In this document: positions 1-13,089 of the stretch, piece after piece | How positions within the stretch are numbered: position 1 is the stretch's first letter | Layout: the number at the start of each line of letters is the position of its first letter | From: Pecten maximus | Lineage: Eukaryota | Length of the DNA stretch: 64,000 nucleotides | Direction: 5' to 3' | Assembly: GCF_902652985.1 (NCBI RefSeq) | Contig: NC_047022.1 | Coordinates: 34,844,001 to 34,908,000 of the forward strand | Program-made: the position numbers and the translations under genes | Notes under the pieces: generated by a model | What the model was told of the DNA's origin: nothing | Seen by the model: the letters and a program-made list of their open reading frames with translations, nothing else | The model's database searches: none

Positions 1-420
1 CCGCAGGGGCTAATGGGCGGGGCTAAAAAGGGTCAAATTGACTGAAATTTCAAAAATCTTCTTCTCTACTCTCAGATTTGATGGAATCAAATACTCTAAA
101 TAAATGGAAGGGTCTTAAGGTATTTTACCAAAATTGTGAATTTCATGACCCTTGGGTCTCACGTTTGCCCCTGGGGAGGGGGTAAAATTTACTAGAGTTT
201 ATATAGGGAAATCACATTTTTGACTCTAATTTATTTGATTTCGATTGGAATTCTTTCTAACTTGGTTAACATTATCAGCATGGGATGACAGTTTGATGAC
301 ATGCACATATTGGCCCTGACTGACCCCTAGGGGCTGATGGGTGGGGCCAAAAAGGGTCAATTAAATAAACTGAAATATTTCAAATCTCAGGTGACCGTTA
401 AGGCCCATGGGCCTCTTGTT
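1..420 (+). mobile_element. 3' part of a HINE/Helentron-like non-autonomous element
   Basis: Ends in caggtga...aggcccatgggcctcttgtt (short palindrome plus TT), like other HINE ends in the window. A related fragment lies at ~24790-24970. Confidence 0.7.
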
Positions 421-569
421 AGGGATGCCACATAACGCGATGTGGTTGCCATGGTAACAAAATGGAGGCCTCTGATTGGTCAAAATTAGGAAATTGTCAG
501 ATTAAAGTGAAAATTGATAAAGATAGGTTATGAGGGATACCGAACACAATGGTATGACTGTGGGGAGGT

Positions 570-1065
570 TTGGGGACATCTGTAATGGTTTTGGGTCCCA
601 CCCTCTGTTCCCAGGGGTCGCACCAGCCTCATTTATATAAAATAGGATTGCCCTCCCCAATGATGTTTCGCCACAAATTGGGGTGTAATCCACCCAAGTG
701 TAAAGGAGGAGTTTGGGAGTTGGGTTTTAAAGCAAAATTTCAGCAAAGTTCTCCTTTTGGGGCCCTGCAACTCAAGCCCCAGGGGTCGCACCAGCCTCAT
801 TTATATAAAATATGATTGCCCTCCCCCAATAATGTTTCGCATCAAATTTGGATGAAGTCCACCCAACGGTTATAAGGAGGAGCGGGGTTTTAAATTAAAA
901 AAAAAAATCAACAGCCCCCTTTTTGGGCCCCAGTGGTCAGACCAGCCTCATTTATATGAAATATAATTGCCCTCCCCCAATAATGTTTCATACCAAATTT
1001 GGATGTAATCCACCCAACGGAGTAGGGTTTTAAAGCAAAATAACCATCAAAGTTCCCCTTTTGAT
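570..1065. repeat. Diverged tandem units of the satellite family also found at 58100-59340
   Basis: Repeated ccagcctcatttatataaaatatgattgccctcccc. Confidence 0.75.
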
Positions 1066-2734
1066 GCCCCTGTACGTTGAAAATTGACCCCCGTATCGTC
1101 AAGATGTTTTCACTAGCCAACGAGGGTAATTTTGAATGTCGTATAGATCGACATTCAACATTCAAATGTTATCCATGGCCAACGAGGTTACTTTAGAATG
1201 AATGCCATGCAGCTCGACATACGACATTCAATATTCAGAAATGAATATTGTGTATCGCGACGTAACGGTATATAAAACTGAAGGAATGGAACATAATTAT
1301 ATCATGGTTTAGGGACATGGATACAAATAATCTGTTCTGTGACATTGAGAATATTGCAGCGAAAGCATCTAGAACTCGTCAAATACCTGTACATGGGCAA
1401 CAGTCACAAAACACCCATTCAAATCGACACGCTAAGGTAGTCTTATTGAATAGTAAAGGATTGCTGAGTTAAACCATGTATTTATTTATTTGTTGAGATA
1501 CAATATTAGAGGTTGATTAAATGACCCCGTATAGCATACATCCGTAGTAACCAGCTGACCAGAGCGCATGAGTAATAAAAGTTTAATCAATTTAATGTAA
1601 ATGCATGTATCTTGGGGATCGAACCCTAGATCTCTGGCTTGCTGATCTAACACTCAACCGAACGATTCTCTAATTGAGTGGTATATTGCGGCTATTATTT
1701 ACCAGGCTTAGATGCGGATGACTGGACAATGTACATTGTTCCATGTACATAAAGTATGATCACGTGTCGCATAATAATGTATAAAAATGATCTAGCCTAA
1801 AATTTGAACAACGGAATGCATTTAAGAAATCTATAAATTTTGAGGGTCAAAAAAACCAAGAAGGCAAACTAATTTACACAACATGTAGTCGAATAACTGA
1901 TCATTTGATTTGAGTAAACCTGTACGGTATATACATCTCCAAGTAGTTCACATCGACCTATAGTCGCCAAGTAAATCATGGATATTACTCATTAATCAAT
2001 GTTGAAAACAGATACCTACATGTATGTTTAAATGGGTATAGCTCTACATCTCTGTTCCATATTTCCAATGTTGTTCCCGGTTTCAGGATAGACCAACGTA
2101 TATGCATTGCCGTTTTCTGATATCAAAAATCGATTTTCTGATATCAAGAAATCAAAATGAATTATTGATTTCTGCTGTTAAGAAATTGGAAATTGTTGAT
2201 ATCAGAAGAAAAAAAATATTACTAAGTATCAATGTGAAAATAACGAATGGACAATAAGAGATTGCAAATGGCATGTCAGGACACGAATGTGTGACATTCG
2301 AATATTGTTGACGTATAGGCCTACAGTTGGAAGTCCGAGGACCTATTATATGGCTCCAAGGTTATCAATAACGGGAGTTTACTGCAAACAATACGGGAGC
2401 TTCGAGATAGTGAAAATGACGTAATATTACGTGGTTAGAATAGCATTTCCCGATTGTCCCACCATCCGGTGATTGTGACGTCATGTTTTTGTGGGATCAT
2501 TGTACTCGCATCACGTAATTTTACGTCATTTTCTCTATCTCAAAACTCCCGTATAAATCAACCAAGCCCGAATGAACAATATCAAAAGTATCCGCCGGAA
2601 CAAAATATGTGGAGGAACGGACAAGTCATTACTATAGGACGATGAATTGGGAGCCTATATCTACTCAGAAGAGGGCGCTTACAGAGAAGGGAGAGGGTTG
2701 ATCAAACTTGAACCCATATATATATATATATATA

Positions 2735-4116
2735 TATGTGACATTATATCTGATGCACAATTCGGGTTTCGTCCTGGAATGAGTACAAGTGATGCTATTT
2801 TTGCATTACATTCAATAATTGCAGTCTTTTAACAATGTTTAGTTGATTTTAAAAAAAGCGTTTGACCGCGTTTGATCGTATAAGTTTGTGGTACAAATTA
2901 TCAAAATTAGGAATACGAGGAAAACTTTAATTTGATCAAAACTTTATATGGACACGTAAAATCGTGTGTAAGGTTGCATCTCTTGATTTCTTCGATAATA
3001 AGATCGGCTTCCTCCATAAGGGGAAAGTCTTTCCCCGGATACATTTTTTCTTTCTTTATATCGCATTGTAATTCACAACACGATTTTTAAGACCTTGGTT
3101 TATTTCTCATGCTTTACGCTAACGATATGGTACTTTTTTCGGAGACTGTCAAGGGTTTGCAAGATCTACTCGGTAATTTAGAAAGGTAATTCAAACCAAT
3201 GGAAACCGAGTTTAAGTATAGAAAAAAAAACTTCAGTTGTTTTTCAAAAGGGTTGAGTAGTGCAATGCAATGAGAAATGGACATATCAGGGTAGTGATCT
3301 TGCTTGTGTAAATGATTTCACATATATTTAGGATTAAGTCTGGAATTTAATAATAAATTCAACAATATTCAAATACAGCTATCAAATAAGGGGCGGAAAG
3401 CAATGTTTGCACTTTTTACAAAATGTTATCGCATGAAATTGAAACTATGCTTCATCTTTTCGATACATATGTTGGAAGTATTTTAAGCTGTGATTGCGAG
3501 ATATGGGGTAGCCAAAGGCAATTGACATTGAAAAAGTCCACACACATTTCTACAAAAAAATAAAAATCGACCTCAAATGCGATGGTTTATTGTGAACTAG
3601 GTCGTTTTCCACTTCAATATTACAGGAAACTCGGGATAAGTACTGGTTTAAGTTAGTTACTACACACAGTTGTATTTTAAATCCTGCATATGGATTTTTG
3701 AGAAATTGTAATAAAAGAAATTGTTTCAACTAGGTAACTTTTGTTAAAAATGAACTTTTTCGCTTGGTTTTGGATATGTTTGGGAAAACCAGCAAATGTA
3801 TGCAAGCTATATCGACAATATTTTGCCAGCCATAAAGCAGATATTTTTTGACCATCAACACCTATAACATTTATTAGAGTCATCCTCAATATGTCATATA
3901 TATTATAAACATCTTATGGACATCGTCACACTACCTTTTTATCTTACTAAATATATTCCTAAAAGATTTAGAATTTGTCTTACTAAGATACGTCTATCTG
4001 CGCATTGTTTAGCCATTGAAGCTGGTAGAAATAATAATACTCCAGGATTAAGACGATTTTGTTATATGCCCAATACCAGACAACAAAATGAAGATGAATA
4101 TGATTTTATTCAGTAA
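2735..4116 (+). mobile_element. Degenerate non-LTR retrotransposon (RT and C-terminal region, RTE-X/CR1-like)
   Basis: Frameshifted fragments QFGFRPGMSTSDAIFAL, VDFKKAFD, LYANDMVL, YLGL, IRLSAHCLAIEAGR...EDEYDF. Confidence 0.85.
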
Positions 4117-5270
4117 CAGGGCGATTCAGTGATCTCTGCGTGTTAATTGCTTTAAAAACAGGCGAAACCACCCACGGAAATTCATACAATCGTTTTTATG
4201 AATTGTTTGAACATCATGCATATACAACTTAACTGTGCTTTTAAAACCTTGGAGGTATGGACGAGACAAGCAAGTGCAATCCCCCCTAAGCTCATGTCAA
4301 TTGACTTATCAAATCTGTAAATAATTGTCAAAACTATAAGACAGCGTGTTTTTAGAACCTATTTGTAGTGCCAATAATATTCAGTACATTGCGCAACAAG
4401 ATGGAAGTCGTGTATCGCCACAAGGTCAATGCAAAACCCAAGTTACATCACATAAGTCATTACGACTTAATTCTATGTCGACCAATGACTACATAGGGAT
4501 CTTGGTGCCCATCGTTGACTTATCTTTATTGGTTCCGTCAGACTGCTTTTCTCTCTCTACTTCTCCTCTTAACAATCTGATAACAAGAATTAGTGGAACC
4601 TACATGTCATCCCTCCTAAAATTTCTCAAAATCCAAGACAGCTGCTGATCAGCAATTTTCTTTTCCAGAACTTTAAATGGCACACGCAACTAGTTATAAA
4701 AAAGAAACCTTACACGAAAGTTTTAAGGATACCCCTCCAGTACTTTTCAGGAAATAGCAATAACAATCTTCAATGCCCAAAATCGAAGATGGTTGTCAGC
4801 CATTTTGTTTTTCTGATCAATTATCAAATAAAAGTTTCTTTACGTCACATGTTACAAATATGTAATGTTTCTCTAGATATTCTCTTGACCTGTGCTGCAT
4901 AATCGGTGTATAATGGATATTGGGAATATTATCAAACAATTTGATTCTAAAACCGAATTTCAAAAAATATTCCACCATCTGTATAAGGCCTGACATAGGT
5001 GAAGATAAAGGTCACAACTGCAGGTTAAGATTTTACATTCCCTTGCCCGAATGGCTTGTCTAGATACTACGTAATTCAGACTTACTTTCCAATAACATGC
5101 AATTCCTGATTTGTAATAACCGATCCGACCTACAAACACTTGTTTGCAGGTTGCTTTATAACCAATGTGTAAGTAACATCAAATATTCTAATTTACTCCA
5201 CCTTCATTCAAGACAACAGCCACTCATGGGCCTTTAAAGAAAACAAAACAACTATTTCCATAAAATACTC

Positions 5271-5276
5271 TTTATT
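5271..5276 (-). other. Candidate distal polyadenylation signal (AATAAA) of SRSF1
   Basis: tttatt on the + strand at the boundary between the TE-free region and repeat-derived sequence. Other AATAAA hexamers lie closer to the stop codon. Confidence 0.35.
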
Positions 5277-6481
5277 TTATACAGCATGAAGCTAATGATA
5301 AAACAACGAATTTCATGACAGATGATTTATGGACATTGTCAAACAATTACATTTAAAAGATGCATGAAAATGACTTTATATTAAAAATGCACAACATTTT
5401 CTCACAATGGTGGATGTAATAACAAGCCATGCATTTCTTTAAGAAATAAAACTGAAATAAAAAAAAAAATACATTGGATGAATGCTGTGACTCCAGAATT
5501 TCTCCATAATTCATCTTTATTCCATCCATGAATCCTGCATACACACAGTCTGTTTTATCGTACCGTAGCATTATCTGTATCTGGTAAAGCCATTCTTCAG
5601 AGAAAAGTAGAAACTTTTACCAGGCTTTCCATGGTTGTCTCATCTTATCCTGGCCATTTTAACATCTCTCAAAAATAACTATGAAGTAGGATGTCACTAA
5701 AAAATAACTCAATATGAATATTAAAACATTTTCAAGGATAAAACACCTTTTTAGTATCAAATAAGTCCAAAGTTTAGTGAAAATTAAAGCAGCAAACTAT
5801 TAAAGTAATATTAATATATATCAGACATCATTGCATAGTAAAGAAGAAAAAAAAGCTAAAAAGGGAATGGGTTACAAGGGGCAGAAGTGAACATCAAAAT
5901 TTTACAAAAAGGAGAAAATAATCCTGTCTGATATATACATGTGATCGTATAGCTTCCCTCTAAACAATAAAAAAACAACCTTGTTTGCCCCATTTCAACT
6001 AGATAAGAAAAATAAAATGATACCTTATAATTTCATGGTCACGGGGGGGGGGGGGGGAGAGAGTAGGGAGTGAGGGGGTGTAGGAATACACCCGTTTTTT
6101 TTGTTTTTTTTTTATAAATACACCCGTGTACACACAAAGTGTGCAGTACGTTCCCGGGGCGTCGGGTCATGGCCTCTGAATTGCCCACAAAGTATCTGTA
6201 TCTAGACTTCCCTCCCAAAACATTCGCTTTATGCCTTAACCTCTATTTTTCTGATTTAAATGGAAAAACTTTTTCTAATAAACCTAAATATTGTCTCATG
6301 CTAAACACAATTTGGAATCCACATTTTCAATTTTTACAATATTTCTCTATCCCTATGGCAGCAATCAGTATATAAAACCCAGCAAATAATTCCTCCAATC
6401 TTCTTTCCATCTGAACTTCTTTTTACATATAAAATATCAACATAAATATAGCTCAACTTATATGTTCAATTTTTCAATGTC

Positions 6482-7040
6482 CTCCATTCGGTCCATTTAT
6501 CCATGTCTTTCCAATATTCTCAAAAAAAAACAACATTTCCTCCAAACTCCATTCGGTCCAAATCCATATTTTCCATACCTTTTTTTTCAGAACATAAAAG
6601 TTGTTTAAAATAATTTTCTCCAATCTCCATTCGGTCCCTCCCAAATCCATTTACTTTCAATTTTTTGAAACTTTATCCAATACTTGAGAAATAAATCTCA
6701 AATAATTCCTCAAACCTCCATTCAGTCCAAAATCCATTTATTTGAACTTTACCAATCATCCTATATCATTTCCTCCAATCTCCATTCGGTCCTATTATAT
6801 CCATATAATTCCCATCTTTCCAAATTAGGGAGAAAAATCCTTTAATTTTCCTCCATCGCCATTCGGTCCTAAATCCAAACAAATTCCAAATCCTTACTTA
6901 TTTTCATCCTTAATTACTTTCCAATATCTCCATTCGGTCCTATGGGCATATCCATTAAATTTCCAATCTTTCCAAATTATTTCCAAATTTTCAAGGGGAA
7001 AAATCTTATAACTTATTTTCCTCCCATCTCCATTCGGTCC
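6482..7040 (-). repeat. Eight interspaced copies of the 13-mer GGACCGAAUGGAG in a GGA-rich block downstream of the SRSF1 stop
   Basis: ctccattcggtcc at 6482, 6547, 6625, 6716 (1 mismatch), 6780, 6857 (1 mismatch), 6928 and 7028, with non-identical spacers rich in tcc/tcca. Confidence 0.9.
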
Positions 7041-8778
7041 AAAATCCATCTTTTATCCAACTTCCCTATCCTAAATCCATCCAATCCAATATTTATCCCA
7101 TTCCTTCCAACTTCAAAACCTTAAGTGTTGAAAAATACAAAGAGACACATTTTAACAATGCTACAAAATGTATGACAGAGCGAGCATTGGAATTATAATA
7201 TGCAAAGATATTTGACTATGAAAATTTTAATAATTAATTTTTGTTCTACTTTTCATAAGGGAAATCGAGCATTTAATAGGGGCTCAAATGTCTGAACACT
7301 TTGAATATTTTTTTATTTTTGTCATAAATCATTCTTTCTTATTTATTCAATCTTAAATTTCTTAATATTTATATTTCCTGCAAACAATGTAGAATAACAT
7401 CACACTCAAAATTATCCTAAAAAATTGAAGATAAAGCTTTTAAGAGTTTTTGTGTGTAATAATTAACAAAACATTGATAAAGTTTCAAGCAAATAAAATC
7501 AACGTCCATCTATCGTCAAAACTATGTCCTTCAATTTCCACTATTTTCACAAATGCATGATACCATTTATACCAGTAAATAAGAAATTTATCCACCAAAG
7601 ACCACAAAGTTTACCTACTTGCTTTTTACAAAATATACAAACTTGTTAATATTGAACTGAATGGGTTAATGATAAATTCATAATTAAAGATGACTAATTC
7701 AATATTTTTGTCTGAATCATTGGACAGTCAACTATTTTCAATGGAATATTTAAAATATGATTTTATAAACGTAAAGATAGCAACTTGTATCAAGAAACAA
7801 CACAATACCAATTAATAATGCATACAAAAATCACCTCCAATAATTGAAATGGATGTCTGGAGAAAAAGGTCACTCCCTGCCTCCATCATATCCAATTGGA
7901 AGCGACCAACTCCATGATCCACATCCCTGATCGCACAGAACGGTTATGGACAACCCTTAGGCATATAATTGACAGCTGGACTGTTAACTCATAACTGTGT
8001 AAGAAATGATTAATAGTGAAATATTGTACAAGTAGCAGTCACTTGTGAAATCTTTAATTTCATAAGGCACTCCTCCTTTAAGAACACTCATGATTACGCT
8101 TATCCCCCCTCCTACATACAGTGCATTACTTTTACTTCTAATGAAATCCAAATTTGTAAATTGTTAGTTTATGCAACACTAGTACTTTTGATATTCTTCA
8201 AACTGGTCTTTTCTGACACTATCAAACAGACCACAAATTTCAGGGGTAAAAGTTTTGTTTTGTTTTTGCTTGATGTTGGATAAGAAAACAAGAAAAAACA
8301 TATTGCTCCTGTAAAACATCAAAACATAGTACTAAACAGTATTGGAGACATTTTGCTTCCAAATTTTGAGATATATATCTCTCCTTTTATTTAGATGAAT
8401 GCCCTTTGTAATGATATTTGTTACTTTTTGATGATTGCCAAATAAATAATTTGTAAAATGACTGTTTTCTGTCCTTCCTTATTTTTGGGAGCTTAAAACA
8501 CGATATATGCAGGATTCTAATTGGTATGGCCTGTTTACAGATGGATTCCCTTTCTCATCAGGTTAAATAAAAAATTACAACATATCATAAATCATCTTCA
8601 GGTTCTTGAATGCTATTGTGAACTTATTTCAGATATTAAAATGTAATGACTTGATGCCAAAGTCACCAATTAAGAAATGTTAATACATACTTTACTGACA
8701 AAAAATGGTTTTCATGAAGTTACATAATGACCACACCCTGTTAATGCAGTATGGTGACGATATGAGACAACAGACCAT

Positions 8779-8982
8779 TCAAGATCGTGACCGAGATCGT
8801 CTCCTTCGCTGTACAGAGGAGTAGTCAGGTGACCCTCTGCCTGGGGACCCTCTGCCTGGGGACCTTCTTCTGCGGGGACTGCGGCTTAAACTTCGACTGC
8901 GGCTTTTTGAATACCGACTGCGACGGCTGCTGCTGCTACTACTACTGTAATTCTCTTTCACTCTAATGTATGACACTTCACC
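8779..8982 (-). CDS. SRSF1: SRSF1 coding exon 4 (end of RRM2 and RS domain)
   Basis: Acceptor tgtttCAG; GEVSYIRVKE...RSRSLSRSPRRRRSP...RSRSRS*. The four exons total 762 nt = 253 aa plus stop, and intron positions match vertebrate SRSF1. Confidence 0.95.
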   Translation of the reverse strand, partial: GEVSYIRVKENYSSSSSSSRRSRYSKSRSRSLSRSPRRRRSPGRGSPGRGSPDYSSVQRRRRSRSRS

Positions 8983-9105
8983 CTGAAACATCAAAACACA
9001 TTGTTCTGAAATTGTATTTATATATCATAACTATTGTTAGGGTTAGATTGAACAGTTTAAGATATCAATACTACCAAACTAATCAATACATCAGATTCCA
9101 TATAC

Positions 9106-9770
9106 AACAAGGGCCCGTTGGAGAGCCACAACATCCGCCCGCAATATTTGACACTTGGAAGGGGGGTAGTTTCACAGGTTGTAATGCTTTAAAATGAAGT
9201 ATAATTAGTTCACATGTTTATATACAGAATATACAGAGCCTGGGTCGGGTAGTATTAAGTTACGGTCCGGATAAGTAAAATCATCAAAGGGCAATAACGC
9301 CGCTAATAAGGGGGTAAGGGGCATAATTTTGGCATGTGACACTCCGGCTCATCTAGATGTATATTTGTGTTAAGTATGGAGAGCTCAACACCATACGTGT
9401 CCAAGTAAAATCATCAAAAGGGAATAACTCCACAAATAAGGGGGCAAGGGGCATGATTTTGGTATGCGACACTCCGGCTCATCAATATGTATATTTGTGT
9501 CAAGTATGGAGAGCCTGGGTCGAGTAGTACTGGAGTTATGGTCCGGACAAGTAAAATCATCAAAGGGGAATAACTCCGCAAATATGGGGGTAAGGGGCAT
9601 GATTTTGGTATGCGACACTCCGGCTCATCAATATGTATATTTGTGTCAAGTATGGAGAGCCTGGGTCGAGTAGTATTGGAGTTATGGTCCGGACACCATA
9701 TGTGCCTGCCCACCCACCCGCCCGCCAACATGATAACATAATATGCCTCGTCTTTCGTCGGGCGTATAAA
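9106..9770 (-). mobile_element. HINE/DINE-1-like element with ~148 bp tandem units, in SRSF1 intron 3
   Basis: Minus-strand 5' end TTTTATACGCCCG with short inverted repeat and GGGY microsatellite, tandem units, 3' palindrome ...gggcccttgtt. Confidence 0.75.
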
Positions 9771-9869
9771 AAGAAAGCTCAATTTTACTTTTGTTTCAAA
9801 TAAAGCATCTTTTGTAGGTGAAATCAAAATCAAACAGGATTCCAGGTTGTAATAGCAATAGGCAAAAAA

Positions 9870-11548
9870 AACAAGAGGCCCATGGGGCCTGTATCGCTCA
9901 CCTGGTTGGATTTGACCAAATGTCAAAATAATGTTCATGTTCAATTCCTTTTGTTTGTCAACCTCAAACAATGCTATATTTGGTTATAGTCTGGGGATCC
10001 CAACTGCTTTTAAGAAATAATGAAGTCCAGACTCTCTAAGTTTACAACATGCATTAATAACTTAAAGCGACTATTCGGGGAAATAAACTTAGTCTAGATA
10101 CATTATTTGGTCTTCCAAAAGTTCTATCACAGCAACGCGATGGTCAAGTTCTGCTTGCATTGTCCAGTTCTGACCAATTTAATTCGGGAAAAGCCCCGTC
10201 TTAATATAACATATATCTATTTTTATAAGTCACGTGGTATTTCGAAAACGAGGCAGTGAGAAAACATCAACAGAAACATGTGAATTTTTAGAGATGTCCG
10301 ATTCATCAAGCAGTCAAAGCAGTAACACGGTACGTAAATACTTCATTAACATGTCAAATATGATGCATGTGTGGGATTTATACCTAAGGATTTTTTTCAT
10401 ATGACTTAATACATGCAATAACAACAATAAAAACTGAAATCGGTGTCAATCGGCGTCCGATGCCGAGATGGGGGCCAATGTGGGGTAATCTTTATGTCAT
10501 CGTCACCGGTGATATCGCGATCAATTCCTTTAGGCTAGAATAATAGTTGTTTAGGCATATATATATATATATTAGCGAAGCAATCATGACATAGTGTTAT
10601 TGATTTAACAGGATATGAGTAGATGAGGTGAATGCTTACAGTAATGACTTGTTTCAACTACAAATATGTTATACATGTGTACATGCATATAACGTCAACT
10701 CAAATACGGCGCTTTGTTGCCGAAGTCGTAACAGTTTTAGGCCGATATCTCTTGGCTTCGGAAGCCATGTTTCTGTCGCTTCTGTTTACGTTCTACAAAC
10801 CTAGATTCTTGCGCATGCGCCCAAAGCGGGAAATTTGCATTTTATCTCGTCATTCGACAGTGAGAGGATTCCCCTGAAAATTATTATTTTTTAATTCTAG
10901 GGGTTACATATCGCCAAAACTAAGTCGGAATTTTTCATAAGAGAGTATTTTCTTTATTAATTTGCTGTTTTTTCAACTTTGACCTATTTCTTCCCCGAAT
11001 AGTCGCTTTAATGACTAGTAGCAATTTAAAGGAATTGCCACAATTTCCCATATTGGGCCCCACCTCTCCGGCCCCTTTGGGGTCAGAGTCACCATTTATG
11101 CAAAATCTGTTCCCGTTCCCCCAAGGATGTTTCTGACCAAATTGGGATCAAATCCATTCATAACTTTATGGCTAGTAGAAATTTAAAGGCATTACCTCTA
11201 TTTCCCGTATTGGGCCCCGCCCCTTTTGCCCCTTGGGGGTCAGAGTCACCATTGATGCAAAATCTGTTCCCCTTCCCCCAAGGATGTTTCTGACCAAATT
11301 GGGTTCAAATCCATTTATAACTTGATGACTAGTAGCAATTTAAAGGAATTGCCTCAATTTCCCATATTGGGGGTCAGTCACCATTTATGCAAAATCTGAT
11401 CCCTTTCCGCCAAGGATGTTTCTGACCAAATTTGGTCAAAATCCAATATTAAAGAACTTTTCGACTAGTAGCGATTTGAAGCAAATGTTAACGGACAACG
11501 GACCATGACATAAGCTCATCACCGGACCTTCGGTCCAGGTGAGCTAAA
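9870..11548 (-). mobile_element. HINE-like element with tandem units, interrupted by a TTAA TIR element
   Basis: 5' TTTTAGCTCACCTGG, 3' CCAGGTGAGCG...ggccccatgggcctcttgtt; tandem units at 11012-11480. Confidence 0.8.
10066..11007. mobile_element. Non-autonomous Kolobok-like DNA transposon
   Basis: 17 bp perfect TIR AGCGACTATTCGGGGAA; TTAA TSD (10062-65 and 11008-11); purine (AG) termini rather than the piggyBac CCC. Confidence 0.8.
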
Positions 11549-11565
11549 AAATAAAATGATAATAC

Positions 11566-11738
11566 CTCATGGGACCTGAACTTTGAGTCATCAAGGTTTT
11601 GTACAGCATACTGCATGTCTTCCTTCCGTAGGAACTCCACCACACCAGTGCCATCTTTGTATGTGTCAGCGTAACACACATCCCCTGCCTCACGCATATG
11701 GTCCTTTAAATCTTGCCAGCTGCCAGAACCAGGAAGTC
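11566..11738 (-). CDS. SRSF1: SRSF1 coding exon 3 (pseudo-RRM2)
   Basis: Acceptor tttaAG; [25 protein letters not shown]...FRSHE with the diagnostic SWQDLKD motif; donor GAG|GTATTA at 11565. 173 nt. Confidence 0.95.
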
Positions 11739-11852
11739 CTTAAAGTAATCATTTTAATAGTTTATCATAAAATTCATGGGTTCATAGTTTAACAATTCTT
11801 CAAAGAGATACAGTAAATTGCTCTTCTTTAATTCTACCATGCCACTATATAC

Positions 11853-12067
11853 CTGAAACAAGGACACGGTACTCGGATCTTCTGGAGGGTGGACCTCGGC
11901 CACCTCCTCCTCCTCCTCCGCCACCACCACCACCACCAAACATTCCCCTGCCGCCGCCGCCTCCACCAAAACTTGGGGGACCTCTTGATCCTCGAGGGAA
12001 CTCGACCCTTAGTGTGTATCCATCATAGTTGTAGCCATCCCTCATTCTAACTGCATCTTCAGCATCC
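11853..12067 (-). CDS. SRSF1: SRSF1 coding exon 2 (end of RRM1, Gly-rich linker, start of RRM2)
   Basis: Acceptor CAG at 12070-12068; (R)[25 protein letters not shown]-Gly [18 protein letters not shown](G); donor G|GTATAT at 11852. 215 nt, in frame with exon 1. Confidence 0.95.
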
Positions 12068-12187
12068 CTGAAGGTTTATTGAAGTTGAATTTAATTTGTA
12101 TCAATGTGAACGGAGAGGAAAATTTCTAAAGAAGAGTTACTTTGTAGTTTTAACATAGAGAATAAAAAATAAGCAGAAAGTCATTGT

Positions 12188-12744
12188 TAGCGATTTAAAG
12201 GAATTACCTCTATTTCCCCTATTTGACCCCACCCCTATGGCCCCTTGGGGGTTAGAGTCATCATTTATGCAAAAGCTGTTCCCCTTCCCCTAAGAATGCT
12301 TGTGACTTAATTGGCTTCAAATCCATTCATAACTTTATGACTACAATTGACTAGTAGCGATTTAAAGAAATTACCTCTATTTTCCCTATTGGGCCCCGCC
12401 CATTTGGTCACCATTTATGCAAAATCTGTTCCCCTTCCCCAAGGATGTTTCTGACTAAATTGGGTTCAAATCCATTCATAACTTTATGACTAGTAGTGAT
12501 TTAAAGGAATTACCTCTATTTCCCCTATTTGACCTGCTCCTCTGGCCCCTTGAGGGCCATAATCACCATTAATGCAAAATCTGTTCCCCTTCTCCGAAGA
12601 ATGTTTCTGACCAAATTTGGTTAAAATCCACTAAGTATTTTATGACTAGTAGCAATTTAATGCAAATGTTGACGGACGACAGACTGACGAAGGACGCCGC
12701 GCCATGTCATAAGGTCACTGGACCTTTAATCCAGGTGAGCTAAA
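12188..12744 (-). mobile_element. 3'-truncated HINE, same family as 9870-11548
   Basis: Same 5' end (ccaggtgagctaaaaa on +) and same tandem units. Confidence 0.8.
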
Positions 12745-13089
12745 AATTGATGCAATACTTCCGGGAATGAAACATCAAGTTTCTAGGTAGGCAACGCTTC
12801 TTTCAATAAACAAACAATATAGTAAAATATTATTTACCTTGTCGTAACTTAAATCGCCATTAAGAATTATATTTCAAAATTTACTGTTTAATCGATTTTG
12901 TCTATTTTCAGTAGAAAATCCATCGCGAATCTGGGTATTCTATTGAAGTTGGCAGTTTTCCCCAAACTGATTAAAGTGATAATTTAACAAGCTGCGATAA
13001 CGTAGCTCTAGACGACGACGACGGGGGGGGGGGGCAATTTCTGACAGATGGTCATTGTCAGAGCTACGATTCCCTTCCATTGGCGATAG

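Noticed and set aside
6482-7040. CRISPR array (repeat-spacer appearance)
   Set aside because: The repeat is only 13 bp, spacers are variable in length and compositionally alike, the context is eukaryotic, and there are no cas genes.
9414-9971. 185 aa ORF with an internal repeat, and similar ORFs at 32129, 54886 and 58738
   Set aside because: They lie within HINE or minisatellite tandem units and show no protein-family features.
11488-11565. Alternative SRSF1 C-terminus by intron 3 read-through
   Set aside because: The 25 extra codons are mostly from the inserted HINE end, and nothing supports a function from sequence alone.
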